Below the pieces are notes generated by a model. The model was not told the DNA's origin. It ran no database searches and saw only the letters and a list, made by a program, of their open reading frames with translations. This document shows positions 1 to 9,954 of a stretch of 60,089 bases of DNA, in pieces; within the stretch, counting starts at the first letter, position 1; every line of letters starts with the position of its first letter. The DNA lies in NCBI GenBank assembly GCA_963660495.1, contig CAVKYO010000052.1, forward strand, positions 1 to 60,089, given 5' to 3'. The stretch comes from Acidaminococcus fermentans (lineage in GTDB: Bacteria > Bacillota_I > Bacilli_A > RF39 > UBA660). Made by a program: the position numbers and the translations under genes.

Positions 1-60
1 ATTTATTATAAACTCAACTTTCTTAACTTTCTCCCCCAAAACTCTTTACACTAACCTTTA

Positions 61-92
61 GAAAAAGAAAAAAACTGGGTAGTTCCAGTTTT
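61..92 (-). terminator. Rho-independent terminator after the 179-aa gene
   Basis: Minus-strand hairpin AAACTGG-aactac-CCAGTTT followed by TTTTCTTTTT; overlaps the stop codon. Confidence 0.5.
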
Positions 93-630
93 AGGTATTA
101 GGACTTTTTGTTAATATTGTTATTTGATATGGAACTTTAATAGGTTGTGCTTGACCATTGTAGTTAAATGTTGCTGCGACATTAAGTTCTGTTTCTTCAC
201 CAGGTGATAGTACTTTACCAATGATATTATTATGTTTTACTTCAACTGGGTAAATGCTTTGAGCTAATACTTTGTTATTTAAGTAGTCAGGATATTCAAC
301 TAAGTTAATTATTTCGGCATCTATAGTTCCTTGATTTTTAATAGTTATTCGATAACTTATTTCATCGCTTGGTGCATATAATTGAAATTCAAAGTTAATT
401 GTTTGACCAGAGTTTGTAATATTTGCAGTTGATGTTGGGACTTTTGTTCCTCCTTGGACTGGAGTTCTAGGATTTATAGTAACGAACGATGTATCATGAA
501 CGGCTTCTGTATTACTTTTTTCTTCTAATTGCATTGAAAGTATGGCAAATCCTATAGCCATAAAAATAATAGTAATACATAATGTTACAATTATCCAATT
601 GCGAGTCGTTACGGTCTTTTTCATGAGCAA
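91..630 (-). CDS. Hypothetical N-terminally membrane-anchored extracytoplasmic protein
   Basis: 179-aa ORF with one N-terminal TM helix (WIIVTLCITIIFMAIGFAILS) and a beta-rich ectodomain. Start overlaps the upstream gene. No recognisable catalytic motif. Confidence 0.5.
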   Translation of the reverse strand: MLMKKTVTTRNWIIVTLCITIIFMAIGFAILSMQLEEKSNTEAVHDTSFVTINPRTPVQGGTKVPTSTANITNSGQTINFEFQLYAPSDEISYRITIKNQGTIDAEIINLVEYPDYLNNKVLAQSIYPVEVKHNNIIGKVLSPGEETELNVAATFNYNGQAQPIKVPYQITILTKSPNT

Positions 631-1472
631 TTTCCTCTTTTCATCTTTTCTATACTACCATTATAACAGAATTCATAGTCATCTGTTAAGCCTGTAAAAT
701 TAATATATGCATAAACTTGATGATTTTTTATGTAATACCAGCTTTCACTAGAAGGATAAATAGTTAAATCTGAGTTAGCTGGTATAGTTTCGATTAATAA
801 AACTTTTGAATTAATTTCTTGATTTTCTACGTCAAGTGCATAAGTTAGTAATTTTTCATATACTTTATTAGCTGCTAAAAGGGATTCCTCTTCAGTCATT
901 CGATTAGTAATGCCTTCATTTAGTTTTTCATTTTTGTATTCACTTATTATTATGTATGAGTATTTCATTATACTTCTTATTTGGCTTTCACCAGTACTCA
1001 CAGATATTTCATATTCATTTATGGTGTCTTGATAGGTTTTGTTTTCTTCATTAATTAAAATCTCTTTACTAATGATACTTTTTATTTCATTATAATTTTT
1101 ATTATCTGGATACATTACAAGTGTGAACTTTTTAGTTTGTAAATAATCTTTTTCTTCTAAAATATTTAGAATCTTATCTAAAGAAGTTTTTATGTTGTTT
1201 TTTTCTATTTCTTTATCATATAAAATAGTTGCTGCCGAATTTAGATATAAAATATTAGTTATTTTGTCATTGTTTGATACTAATAAAAATTCTGGACCTG
1301 ATTCTATTTTTATTCCTACTATTGTGTCATACTCATCAATATTAATAAAATTATCTATGTCACTAATCATTTTTTTGAATTCTGGAAAATGATATATAAA
1401 TGTTCCTAAAAGTATAGCTATCACTACTACGATATATAGTATTTTTGTTAATTTATCATTATTTTCTTTCAT
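621..1472 (-). CDS. Hypothetical N-terminally membrane-anchored protein
   Basis: 283-aa ORF with an N-terminal TM helix (ILYIVVVIAILLGTFIY). Sits directly downstream of pbp2B and overlaps the next gene by 10 nt. Confidence 0.5.
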   Translation of the reverse strand: MKENNDKLTKILYIVVVIAILLGTFIYHFPEFKKMISDIDNFINIDEYDTIVGIKIESGPEFLLVSNNDKITNILYLNSAATILYDKEIEKNNIKTSLDKILNILEEKDYLQTKKFTLVMYPDNKNYNEIKSIISKEILINEENKTYQDTINEYEISVSTGESQIRSIMKYSYIIISEYKNEKLNEGITNRMTEEESLLAANKVYEKLLTYALDVENQEINSKVLLIETIPANSDLTIYPSSESWYYIKNHQVYAYINFTGLTDDYEFCYNGSIEKMKRGNCS

Positions 1473-1484
1473 ATAGCTTTCCTC

Positions 1485-3638
1485 CTAAGGTGTAAATTTA
1501 GGATTTAAAGTCAAGGTTATTTCTAAGCCATCTGTAATTGGTGTATTTTCTGGGATGGACTGGGATGTTACATAGCCTACACCTTCTAGTACTACTTTGA
1601 CATTTAGTTCTTTAAGAAGAGAAGCTGCTATTTTTGATGAAAGCCCTACTACATTTGGAATTGTTAAGTTATTATCATTTGTTATTAAATAAATTGTGTC
1701 TTCTGAAGTCACTAAGCTATTTTTTTCTGGGTACTGTTTTACTATTTTATTACCAGTTCCTAAAACTACATATTTTATTCCTTCTGAATCTAATTCTGTT
1801 TTAGCATCAGCTAATTTTTTATTAACATAATTATCTAGTTCAAATTCTTTTACCTTTAATGATGAGGCTGTATTTTCTTCTGTTCCATAGTATTTCGAAA
1901 GATTCGCAATAATTTCTTTTACAGCATTTGATAATGGTTTTTGACTTCCATTACTTGGTCTTTTTACGGCTGCATAAATTATATATTCTGGATTGCTTTT
2001 TGGATATATTCCAGCAAAAGATGATATTACATCATATTTACTAGTATAATAACCAGTTCCGTCTTCTTTAGCTATTTGTGATGTTCCTGTTTTTCCTATT
2101 AATTCTCCAGAATCTAATCTAAAGCCTGAACCTGTATTACCAGTGCCATTGACACAGTCATCCATTAATTGAATCATTTTCTTAACGGTTAAGCTTGAAG
2201 CTACTCTTTCGCCAGTATTTTTTTTGTTTTCTAATATCACTTCTCCTGTTTCAGAATCTACGATTTTAGAAACAATATATGGCTTTAATAATACTCCATC
2301 ATTAGTTAAGGAAGTCATTGCTTGTACCATTTGAACGGGTGTTGTTGTTATTCCTTGTCCAAAACCAGCATTAAATATTTCTGTTTCATATTTGAAGTCT
2401 AATTTCCCAGTGCTTTCATTTGGTAGATTTATACCTGTTTTTTTACCAAAACCTAGTTTTTTGAAATATTGGCGTAACATCATACTATCCATATGGCGAT
2501 TAATTAAATTTATAATACCAGTATTACTACTCATTGCATATCCTTTATCAAAGGTTATAGTTCCCCATCCTTCACGGTTCCAGTCACCAATTTCTGTGCC
2601 ATCTTTTGTTACGTATACACCTGATTGATAAGTTTCTGATCCATCGTATACACCATTTTCCATAGCGGCCATATAGGTAAATGTTTTCATAGTACTACCG
2701 GGTTCATAAGGAGATGATAAAAATAAGTCTAAGTAGTTAGTGATATTTCTAGTATTTGGATCAAATGAAGGTGATGAAGACGTTCCAAGGACTGCTCCAG
2801 TTTTAGCATCTAGTACAGTTATATGGAACCATTCAAAATCATAGTCTATATCGGCATTTGCTAGAGCCTGTTCAATAAAGAATTGGACATTACTTTCAAT
2901 TGTTAAATAAATGTCTTTTCCTTGAGTTGCTGACTTTTTAATAACAGGAGTATTAGCAATTTGATATCCTTTTAGGTCTTTTTGATATTTAATGTAGCCA
3001 TCTTCTCCTTTTAAGACACTATCATATGCTTTTTCAATACCCATTTCACCGGTAATTGTTTCTTTACTTGTTTCTTCATCTGTTGTTGTTTTTGCATAGC
3101 CAATGGTGTACGAAGCAAAAGTACCTTTTGGATAGTATCTCTTGAAGCTTTCTATAAAACCAAGACCTGGTAAATTTAAATCTTCTATTTGTTTTTTTAC
3201 CAGTTCAGTTAGATTTTTTCCTTTGCTACCAAATTCTGTTTGATAGACGTTTTCTTTACTTAGATATTTTAATATTTCATCTTTTTCCATATTTAATATT
3301 GGTGCTAGAGCTTCAGCAGTCTTTTCTTTATCTACAACGTGTTGCGGATTATTTTTATTTGTTGTTCTGCTTGAATCTAAGTACGCTATTAGTTTATATG
3401 CGGAGACATTTTGGGCTAGGACTTCGCCATCTTTTGAATAAATGTTTCCTCTTTTTGCACTTAGTGTTTGAGTACGTGTTGTTCTTTTACTAGCTAGTTC
3501 TTTTAAGTTAATACCATCTATTTCTTTTGATAGGGCAAGTTGCGTAACTCTTCCAATCATTAAAGCAAACAAAAGAAGAGAAAAAAGTATGATGGTTTTT
3601 GAATACCGTACATTATTTCCCTTCTTTTTGCTTTTCAT
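1485..3638 (-). CDS. pbpB: Class B penicillin-binding protein (PBP2B/FtsI-type transpeptidase) with C-terminal PASTA repeats
   Basis: 717 aa with an N-terminal TM anchor. Motifs SxxK (GSTMKTF), SxN (AMSSNTG) and KTG (GKTGTS). Two C-terminal PASTA-like repeats. Position after ftsL in the dcw cluster. Confidence 0.9.
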   Translation of the reverse strand: MKSKKKGNNVRYSKTIILFSLLLFALMIGRVTQLALSKEIDGINLKELASKRTTRTQTLSAKRGNIYSKDGEVLAQNVSAYKLIAYLDSSRTTNKNNPQHVVDKEKTAEALAPILNMEKDEILKYLSKENVYQTEFGSKGKNLTELVKKQIEDLNLPGLGFIESFKRYYPKGTFASYTIGYAKTTTDEETSKETITGEMGIEKAYDSVLKGEDGYIKYQKDLKGYQIANTPVIKKSATQGKDIYLTIESNVQFFIEQALANADIDYDFEWFHITVLDAKTGAVLGTSSSPSFDPNTRNITNYLDLFLSSPYEPGSTMKTFTYMAAMENGVYDGSETYQSGVYVTKDGTEIGDWNREGWGTITFDKGYAMSSNTGIINLINRHMDSMMLRQYFKKLGFGKKTGINLPNESTGKLDFKYETEIFNAGFGQGITTTPVQMVQAMTSLTNDGVLLKPYIVSKIVDSETGEVILENKKNTGERVASSLTVKKMIQLMDDCVNGTGNTGSGFRLDSGELIGKTGTSQIAKEDGTGYYTSKYDVISSFAGIYPKSNPEYIIYAAVKRPSNGSQKPLSNAVKEIIANLSKYYGTEENTASSLKVKEFELDNYVNKKLADAKTELDSEGIKYVVLGTGNKIVKQYPEKNSLVTSEDTIYLITNDNNLTIPNVVGLSSKIAASLLKELNVKVVLEGVGYVTSQSIPENTPITDGLEITLTLNPKFTP

Positions 3639-3649
3639 TTAATCACTTC

Positions 3650-3949
3650 CTATTTTTCTTCGGTTACTGTTTTTATGTTATCATTATTATAACTCAAACC
3701 TTGTTCTTCTGCAACTTCTTGAATCTTAGTAAGTGAAGCCAATTCATCTATTGTCATTGCTAAACTTTCATTAGTTTTTTCTTGCAGTTCAATATCGTTT
3801 TTCTTTTTTTCAACTTCAAAATTTATTTTAGAAAGAGTTGCTTTTGAGAAAACTATTGATACTGGTGAAAGTACTAGTAAAGTTACCGCTAAAGTATACA
3901 AAAGTTTTTCAAATTTTGAAATTTTGATTCGTTTTTTAACTTTTTTCAC
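3650..3949 (-). CDS. ftsL: Cell division protein FtsL
   Basis: 99 aa, single TM helix followed by a coiled-coil segment. Conserved position between rsmH and pbp2B. Confidence 0.75.
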   Translation of the reverse strand: MKKVKKRIKISKFEKLLYTLAVTLLVLSPVSIVFSKATLSKINFEVEKKKNDIELQEKTNESLAMTIDELASLTKIQEVAEEQGLSYNNDNIKTVTEEK

Positions 3950-3962
3950 CGTATCACCTTTC

Positions 3963-4892
3963 TTATTTTATTCTTTCTATAACGCGAAGTTTGGCACTTC
4001 TTGCTCTGGAATTATTTTTTAGTTCTTCTTCTGTTGGAACTATAGCTTTATTTACAACAAGTTTGAAGTCTGGTAAATATTCATCTGGTATATTAGGCAT
4101 TCCTTGTACTTTTTGATCTATTGCACATTTTTCTTTGAAGAAATTTTTAACTATTCTATCTTCTAAGGAATGAAATGTTATAACTGCTACCCTTCCATGA
4201 ACATTTAGAATTGATAGGGCTTGTTCTAAGGCAGGTTCTATTACATCAAGTTCATGGTTTACTTCAATTCTAATTGCTTGAAATATTTGACGAGCTGGAT
4301 GTTTATCTTTTCTAAACTTCATAGGAACAGCGCTTTTAATTATTTCTACTAATTCTAATGTTGTTTCTATTGATTTATTTTCTCTATACTCAACGATTTT
4401 CTTCGCTATGTTTCTAGAAAATTTATCTTCACCATACTTGTAGAAAATATTAGCCAGTTCCTCTTTTGTATAATTATTAACGATCTCATATGCTGAGATG
4501 GGATTATCTTTATCCATGCGCATGTCTAGTCTAGCATCTTCGTGATAAGAAAATCCACGCGTTTTGTCATCTAATTGAGGTGATGATACTCCTAAATCAA
4601 ATAGGACTCCATCAACCTTATAAATGTTTTGTTTTGCTAATTCTTCTTTTAAATTAACAAAATTGCTTTTGATGATAGTGAAGTTAGTACCGATTGATGA
4701 TAATCTTTCGGTACTATGCCGAATTGCTTCACTATCTTGGTCAAAGGCGAATAAGTACCCTTTTTTTATTCTTGCCAAGATGTTACTACTGTGTCCTCCA
4801 TAACCTAGTGTACAGTCAACAATAATACTAGAATCGTTTAAGTTAAGGGAAGAAATTGATTCTTCTAGTAATACGCTTATATGTTTTTCCAT
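3963..4892 (-). CDS. rsmH: 16S rRNA (cytosine1402-N4)-methyltransferase RsmH (MraW)
   Basis: 309 aa. SAM-binding GYGGHS, DLGVSSPQLD and SLEDRIVK motifs. Follows mraZ with an ATGA-type overlap. Confidence 0.95.
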   Translation of the reverse strand: MEKHISVLLEESISSLNLNDSSIIVDCTLGYGGHSSNILARIKKGYLFAFDQDSEAIRHSTERLSSIGTNFTIIKSNFVNLKEELAKQNIYKVDGVLFDLGVSSPQLDDKTRGFSYHEDARLDMRMDKDNPISAYEIVNNYTKEELANIFYKYGEDKFSRNIAKKIVEYRENKSIETTLELVEIIKSAVPMKFRKDKHPARQIFQAIRIEVNHELDVIEPALEQALSILNVHGRVAVITFHSLEDRIVKNFFKEKCAIDQKVQGMPNIPDEYLPDFKLVVNKAIVPTEEELKNNSRARSAKLRVIERIK

Positions 4893-5326
4893 TATAAATT
4901 CACACTCTCAAATAAATTTTCGGCTATGTCTGACATGCTGTCTTTAGCAGAAATGAAGAAATTATTCCAAGATTCTTCTGACCATATTTCTAGCCTATCT
5001 CCTGTGCCAATAACTACACATTCTTTTGTAATATTGGCATAAGTGATTAATGGGGAGGTAATATTAATACGGCCCTGTTTATCAAATTCTGCTTCACTAG
5101 CACCTGATAAAAAGAAACGAATGAAAGCTCGTGCATCTTTTTTGGTAAATGGAAGTGTTTCTAGTTTATTTACGATTTTTTCCCAAGACTCTAATGAATA
5201 GACAAAAAGGCAATTTTCAATACCTCTAGTTATAATAAATTTTGTGCCTAAATCATCACGAAACTTAGAAGGAATTATTAGTCTTCCTTTATCATCAATA
5301 GAATGATGATATTCACCTATAAACAT
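4892..5326 (-). CDS. mraZ: Transcriptional regulator MraZ
   Basis: 144 aa with the duplicated DxxGR motif ([13 protein letters not shown] and DKQGRINI). First gene of the dcw cluster. Confidence 0.95.
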   Translation of the reverse strand: MFIGEYHHSIDDKGRLIIPSKFRDDLGTKFIITRGIENCLFVYSLESWEKIVNKLETLPFTKKDARAFIRFFLSGASEAEFDKQGRINITSPLITYANITKECVVIGTGDRLEIWSEESWNNFFISAKDSMSDIAENLFESVNL

Positions 5327-5332
5327 AGAAAT

Positions 5333-5361
5333 CCCCCACTTTTCCCCACAATTTGCCAGTG
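5333..5361 (-). promoter_or_regulatory. Candidate MraZ operator: three direct GTGGG-like repeats with 10-bp period
   Basis: The minus strand reads CTGGC-aaatt-GTGGGG-aaaa-GTGGGGG just 5' of the mraZ ATG. The CAC/CAG ends fall at 5339, 5349 and 5359 on the plus strand. Confidence 0.4.
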
Positions 5362-5486
5362 ATTAATTATATATTACCCAAGTTATAGAAAAATGTAAAT
5401 GACTAAGATTGAAGTTTTTTAGTACTTTACAAAAAATTGACAAAGAAAAAGAAGATTTTTTCATCTTCTTCTTGACCTTTATTTTT

Positions 5487-6977
5487 TTAGTTATTTTTAA
5501 CAGTTTTTTGTTTGTTAACTATTAGTGTACCAATAGAAATTAGGAGTATTATTCCAAGAACGATGTAGCAAGCTGATACTGTTTCAGGATTGGCTATTTT
5601 ATTGTATATTGCTGTAACGGTTACTTTACCTTCTGGCATTATAAAGGTTCCATCATCAGTTACTTCTATTTCTTTGCCAGATTCAGTCATAACAACAATT
5701 CTTTTTAAAGTGTATCCAGCTTTTGGAGTAACATTTACTTTTATTTCTTCACCCGGTATCGCACTTGTTGCGTCTACTGCGATTTGTCCTTCTTCAGTTA
5801 CTTGTTTAGCAATGGCAAAGACTGGATATATAAAGTTTAGCTGAGCAATTCCATCTGCTCCTCTTGATATAAGTATAATTCCATTCTGAGTTCCAGTAGT
5901 ATCATAACTATTTAAAGCATAATTAACAAAATATGTTTCATCTTCATCATAAATTTCTTCCATTATTAGGTTACCTTGTAAATCGTACTTTAAAATAGCA
6001 CTTCCAAATGTTTCAGTATCTAAAGCACTTACTATATAACCGTCATATGTACCATTTGGAAGATGACTACTTTTTATAGTAAATTGTTCATAGCCTGGAA
6101 CTGTCTTTTTAAATACTTCTTTACCTGATAAATCATACTTGGCAAAATATTCATTTTCATAATCTGTTCCTATAACAATGATACCATCTACTTCCCCGGT
6201 AGCTGTATAACTTAGATTCATTTTATTTATGACATAGTCTGTTTCTATTTCAAATAAGTCTTCATCATCATTATATCTATATATTATTGACTCATATTCA
6301 TTATATTCAAATGTTGAATCATATTTTCCATTTTTTATATATATTAGTCCAGACCAAGGTTCGCCGTCAAATTCATGTGTATATAAATCGTTATGAAAAT
6401 CAGTTATATTTTTTTCAAATACAAGATTGCCTTTTAAGTCATATTTAATTAAAACGTCACCATAGCCAGTTGAAGTATTGATTGATGAGGTCCATAGTGA
6501 TATATAATATCCATCATGTTTGCCAGATTCGTCGTAACTTTTAAAGGCTCTATCGATCCATTCGCTACCAGAGCCGCCATATTGTCTTTCAAATATAGTT
6601 TTACCAGTAGTAGAATCTACTGCCGTAACTAAAAGATCGGTTTCTCCTTTTACTTCGTACTTAGAATTACCATTCCATATTTCTGTTACTTCTATACCCG
6701 TTGTTGCATCACCATTTTTTATGTAGTATACTTCATTTTCTCCTAAGTCATGCTTTATTAATTCTAAATTACCATTGGAAAAGAATAGATAGCCATCTGG
6801 TTGTCCTTTATTATTATAACTGGGATAAATTGACTCAATCTTTCCTAAAATATCTGTATTGTTTGTTGTTGATAATTTTATATCAATTGCATTAACATGT
6901 AATGGTAGTATACAAACTGACGTAATAATTAGTATTGATAATATTTTATTAAAACGTTTCATAATCAACCTCTCCAT
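5487..6977 (-). CDS. Secreted repeat protein (beta-propeller-like repeats plus an InlB-B-repeat-like Ig domain) with a C-terminal TM anchor
   Basis: 496 aa with a signal peptide (ILSILIITSVCILPLHVNA). At least 4 repeats of roughly 55-65 aa with the signature DGY...hhKYDL.GN.h.E. Then an AGYTLKRIVV...DGTFIMPEGKVTVTAIY module and a terminal TM helix plus a basic tail. Confidence 0.6.
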   Translation of the reverse strand: MERLIMKRFNKILSILIITSVCILPLHVNAIDIKLSTTNNTDILGKIESIYPSYNNKGQPDGYLFFSNGNLELIKHDLGENEVYYIKNGDATTGIEVTEIWNGNSKYEVKGETDLLVTAVDSTTGKTIFERQYGGSGSEWIDRAFKSYDESGKHDGYYISLWTSSINTSTGYGDVLIKYDLKGNLVFEKNITDFHNDLYTHEFDGEPWSGLIYIKNGKYDSTFEYNEYESIIYRYNDDEDLFEIETDYVINKMNLSYTATGEVDGIIVIGTDYENEYFAKYDLSGKEVFKKTVPGYEQFTIKSSHLPNGTYDGYIVSALDTETFGSAILKYDLQGNLIMEEIYDEDETYFVNYALNSYDTTGTQNGIILISRGADGIAQLNFIYPVFAIAKQVTEEGQIAVDATSAIPGEEIKVNVTPKAGYTLKRIVVMTESGKEIEVTDDGTFIMPEGKVTVTAIYNKIANPETVSACYIVLGIILLISIGTLIVNKQKTVKNN

Positions 6978-7091
6978 CTTAATATAATTGTAGCAATAAA
7001 TTTGAATTTTGTCATTATTTTTATTTTATTAATTTTTAGCCAAGTCATTATAAAAGACTTTAGTATTATCCGCTAAAGTCTTTGTTTTTTA

Positions 7092-8855
7092 TTATTTTCT
7101 AATTGTTTTATTAATAATTTCTTCTTTTATTAACTTTATAAATTCTTCTTTAGATACTGTAGTTGTATCTTTTTGACCAAACAATCTATAACTTATTGTT
7201 TCATTTTCTTTTTCTTGGTCTCCTAATATTAATGTGAATGGAACTTTTTCTGTTTGAGCTTCTCTTAAACGATATCCTAGTTTTTCATTACGGTCATCTA
7301 ATTCCGCTCTAATATCATGTTCTTTTAACATTTCAGTTACTTCTTTGGCATATTCTCCTTGGAATTCTGGATTTACAGGAATTACTTTTACTTGTACAGG
7401 TGAAAGCCATGTTGGAAGTTGACCTTTTGTTTCTTCTAGAATGTAGGCCATAAATCTGTCTAGTGAACCTAGTATTGCTCTATGAAGAACAACTGGTGTT
7501 TTCTTTTCGCCATCTTTATCTACATATTTTAAATCAAATTTAGCTGGTAAGCAGAAATCTAATTGGCAAGTTGATAAAGTATATTCATTTCCAACAGCTG
7601 GTTGAACATTAACATCTAGCTTTGGTCCATAGAATGCTGCTTCACCAAGTTCTTCTGTGTACTCAATTCCTAAATCATTTAAAACTTCTCTTAATTCATT
7701 TTCAGCTTTATTCCACATTGCGTCATCTTGATGATATTTTTCTTTATCTTCTGGATCTCTCAATGATAGAACGCAACGATAGTTTTTGATATCAAAGTCT
7801 TTATATACACTAAATATTAAATCAACAACATTTTTAAATTCATCTTTTATTTGTTCCGGTGTTACAAATAGATGGGCATCGTTTTGACAGAAGTGTCTTC
7901 CTCTTTCAATTCCTTTTAGAGCACCTGATGCTTCATATCTAAAGTCATGAGCAACTTCACCTATTCTAATTGGTAAGTCTTTATATGAATGTAGTTTGTT
8001 AGAATAAATCATCATATGATGCGGACAGTTCATTGGACGTAGAACGAATTCTTCGTCATCAACTTTCATCATAGGAAACATATTTTCTTTATAATGTTCC
8101 CAGTGTCCTGATGTTTTGTATAGTTCTACATTGCCAACGCATGGAGTTAAAACATGTTGATAACCTAGTTTTCTTTCTTTTGCTTTGATGTAGTTTTCCA
8201 ATTCTTCCCAAATGATATATCCATTAGGTAGAAACATTGGTAATCCTCTACCTACTAAATCATCTGTCATGAATATTTCTAATTCTTTACCTATTTTTCT
8301 ATGGTCTCTATTTTTACAGTCTTCTAAATATTCTAAGTGTTTATTTAAGTCTTCTTCTGTTTCAAAACAAATACCATAAATACGTTGAAGCATTTTATTT
8401 TTTGCATCACCTTTCCAGTAAGCTCCTGATACTTTTAGTAATTTAAAATATTTTAATTCTTTTACAGTATCTAAATGTGGTCCACGGCAAAGGTCAGTAA
8501 AATCACCTTGGCTGTAGCAAGAAATAGTAACTTCATTTTCATCCATACGAGAAATTAAATCAATTTTATATGGATCATCTTTAAATTTTTCTAAAGCTTC
8601 TTCTTTTGATAATTCATGACGTACTATTCTTTTTCCATCTTTAGCAATTTTTTTCATTTCTTTTTCAATAGCTGGTAAATCTTCTTCTGTTAATGTTTTG
8701 TCACCTAAGTCTATATCATAATAGAAACCTTCTTCAATTACTGGTCCTACCCAAAATAGTGCGTTTGGATATAAATGTTTAACAGCTTGTGCTAGTAAAT
8801 GGGCACATGAATGATTCATTACACTTAATTTTTCATTTTCTTTTATATTTATCAT
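7092..8855 (-). CDS. thrS: Threonine--tRNA ligase (lacks the N-terminal TGS domain)
   Basis: Editing-domain motif HSCAHLLAQA is near the N-terminus; class II core (RPMNCPHH, FRYEASG, QNDAHLF) is present. An AGGAGG lies inside the first 8 ORF codons, so the start is placed at the second ATG (MINIKEN). A T-box lies upstream. Confidence 0.9.
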   Translation of the reverse strand: MINIKENEKLSVMNHSCAHLLAQAVKHLYPNALFWVGPVIEEGFYYDIDLGDKTLTEEDLPAIEKEMKKIAKDGKRIVRHELSKEEALEKFKDDPYKIDLISRMDENEVTISCYSQGDFTDLCRGPHLDTVKELKYFKLLKVSGAYWKGDAKNKMLQRIYGICFETEEDLNKHLEYLEDCKNRDHRKIGKELEIFMTDDLVGRGLPMFLPNGYIIWEELENYIKAKERKLGYQHVLTPCVGNVELYKTSGHWEHYKENMFPMMKVDDEEFVLRPMNCPHHMMIYSNKLHSYKDLPIRIGEVAHDFRYEASGALKGIERGRHFCQNDAHLFVTPEQIKDEFKNVVDLIFSVYKDFDIKNYRCVLSLRDPEDKEKYHQDDAMWNKAENELREVLNDLGIEYTEELGEAAFYGPKLDVNVQPAVGNEYTLSTCQLDFCLPAKFDLKYVDKDGEKKTPVVLHRAILGSLDRFMAYILEETKGQLPTWLSPVQVKVIPVNPEFQGEYAKEVTEMLKEHDIRAELDDRNEKLGYRLREAQTEKVPFTLILGDQEKENETISYRLFGQKDTTTVSKEEFIKLIKEEIINKTIRK

Positions 8856-8885
8856 ATTTAATCCTCCTCTTTTTTTCATTGACTA

Positions 8886-9085
8886 AAAATAAAACTCCTA
8901 TATCAAAATAGATATAGGAGTGAATTACACGGTACCATCCTTGTGTTTTACTTTATTTAAATAACGGCTTAGCCGGAATTACTTTTAATAATTCTACTCG
9001 AAAGGTAGTAACAAATTAAGATTTTATTCATTTACACCAACCATGAATTCTCTTTAAAAATTACTTAATTTATCGTGTCCTTTGT
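8886..9085 (-). promoter_or_regulatory. T-box leader (Thr specifier) with terminator/antiterminator
   Basis: The minus strand carries an AGAGA box, adjacent Thr codons ACUACC in the specifier region (9004-9009), and the T-box core GGATGGTACCGTG (8928-8940). Terminator hairpin ACTCCTATATC...GATATAGGAGT (8894-8921) is followed by a U-run. Confidence 0.8.
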
Positions 9086-9143
9086 CAATGTAATTAAGTT
9101 ATGTACTAATTATAGCACTTTTTTATTCTTTTGCAAGAATTTT

Positions 9144-9923
9144 TTATCTACTATACCATTGGTATGGAACATCCATAAGACTATATAGTCCATTAAATCC
9201 TTGAGTATATCTTAATTTAACATATTTATAGAATTTACCTAAGTCGGAGCAGTTAGCATCATTTGGATCAAATATAACACAATCTATAATTGCGATATGG
9301 AGATGGACTCCTGTTGAATTACCTGTTGTTCCCATTTGACCTAATGCGTCATTTATTGTTACTTCTTTTCCTACATATATATTAGGTGCATAAGAAGAAA
9401 GGTGAACATACTGGGAGGTATAATTTACACCATCAATTACATGATGTACGGTTACAATTTTTGCTCCGGCATAGTCTGTATAAATTCCTGAAATTGTTCC
9501 ATTAGCGATAGGGAAAATAGTTTCATATACTCCTCTTCTACTTGTTATATCAAAAGCTACATGATTATAACTTGGTCTTTGAGTAATAATTCCATTTTCT
9601 ACCGGTAAATACCAGTTTACTTTGTTCTTTAACGCTAATGAATTGTTCATCATTTGGAGTTCTGCTTCTTCTACTTTAGTGGCGTTTTTTGTATCGGTAG
9701 TTGTTTTTTCACTAGAAACAGCGGTATATGTATTACCATCTGATAAGGCTTTTTTATAGGCTACTTCTACTGTTGCTATATCTTTAGTATTAACATACTC
9801 ATATGCTAGTGAAAAGTTTTTGTCTTCTAAGTCTATATTTTTAGCCAAAACTAAAAACATAGATATTCCGATTAGTATCAGAGATACTCTAACAAATTTT
9901 TTTTGTTTTTCTAATGACTTCAT
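9144..9923 (-). CDS. M23 family (LytM-type) peptidoglycan endopeptidase, membrane anchored
   Basis: Motifs HVAFDI and GNSTGVHLHIAI, with a TM anchor (VSLILIGISMFLVL). Start is set at MKSLEK because a consensus promoter lies inside the first 20 codons of the track ORF. Confidence 0.8.
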   Translation of the reverse strand: MKSLEKQKKFVRVSLILIGISMFLVLAKNIDLEDKNFSLAYEYVNTKDIATVEVAYKKALSDGNTYTAVSSEKTTTDTKNATKVEEAELQMMNNSLALKNKVNWYLPVENGIITQRPSYNHVAFDITSRRGVYETIFPIANGTISGIYTDYAGAKIVTVHHVIDGVNYTSQYVHLSSYAPNIYVGKEVTINDALGQMGTTGNSTGVHLHIAIIDCVIFDPNDANCSDLGKFYKYVKLRYTQGFNGLYSLMDVPYQWYSR

Positions 9924-9954
9924 ACGCACATCCACTCCAAACAAAGCAGTGCCT

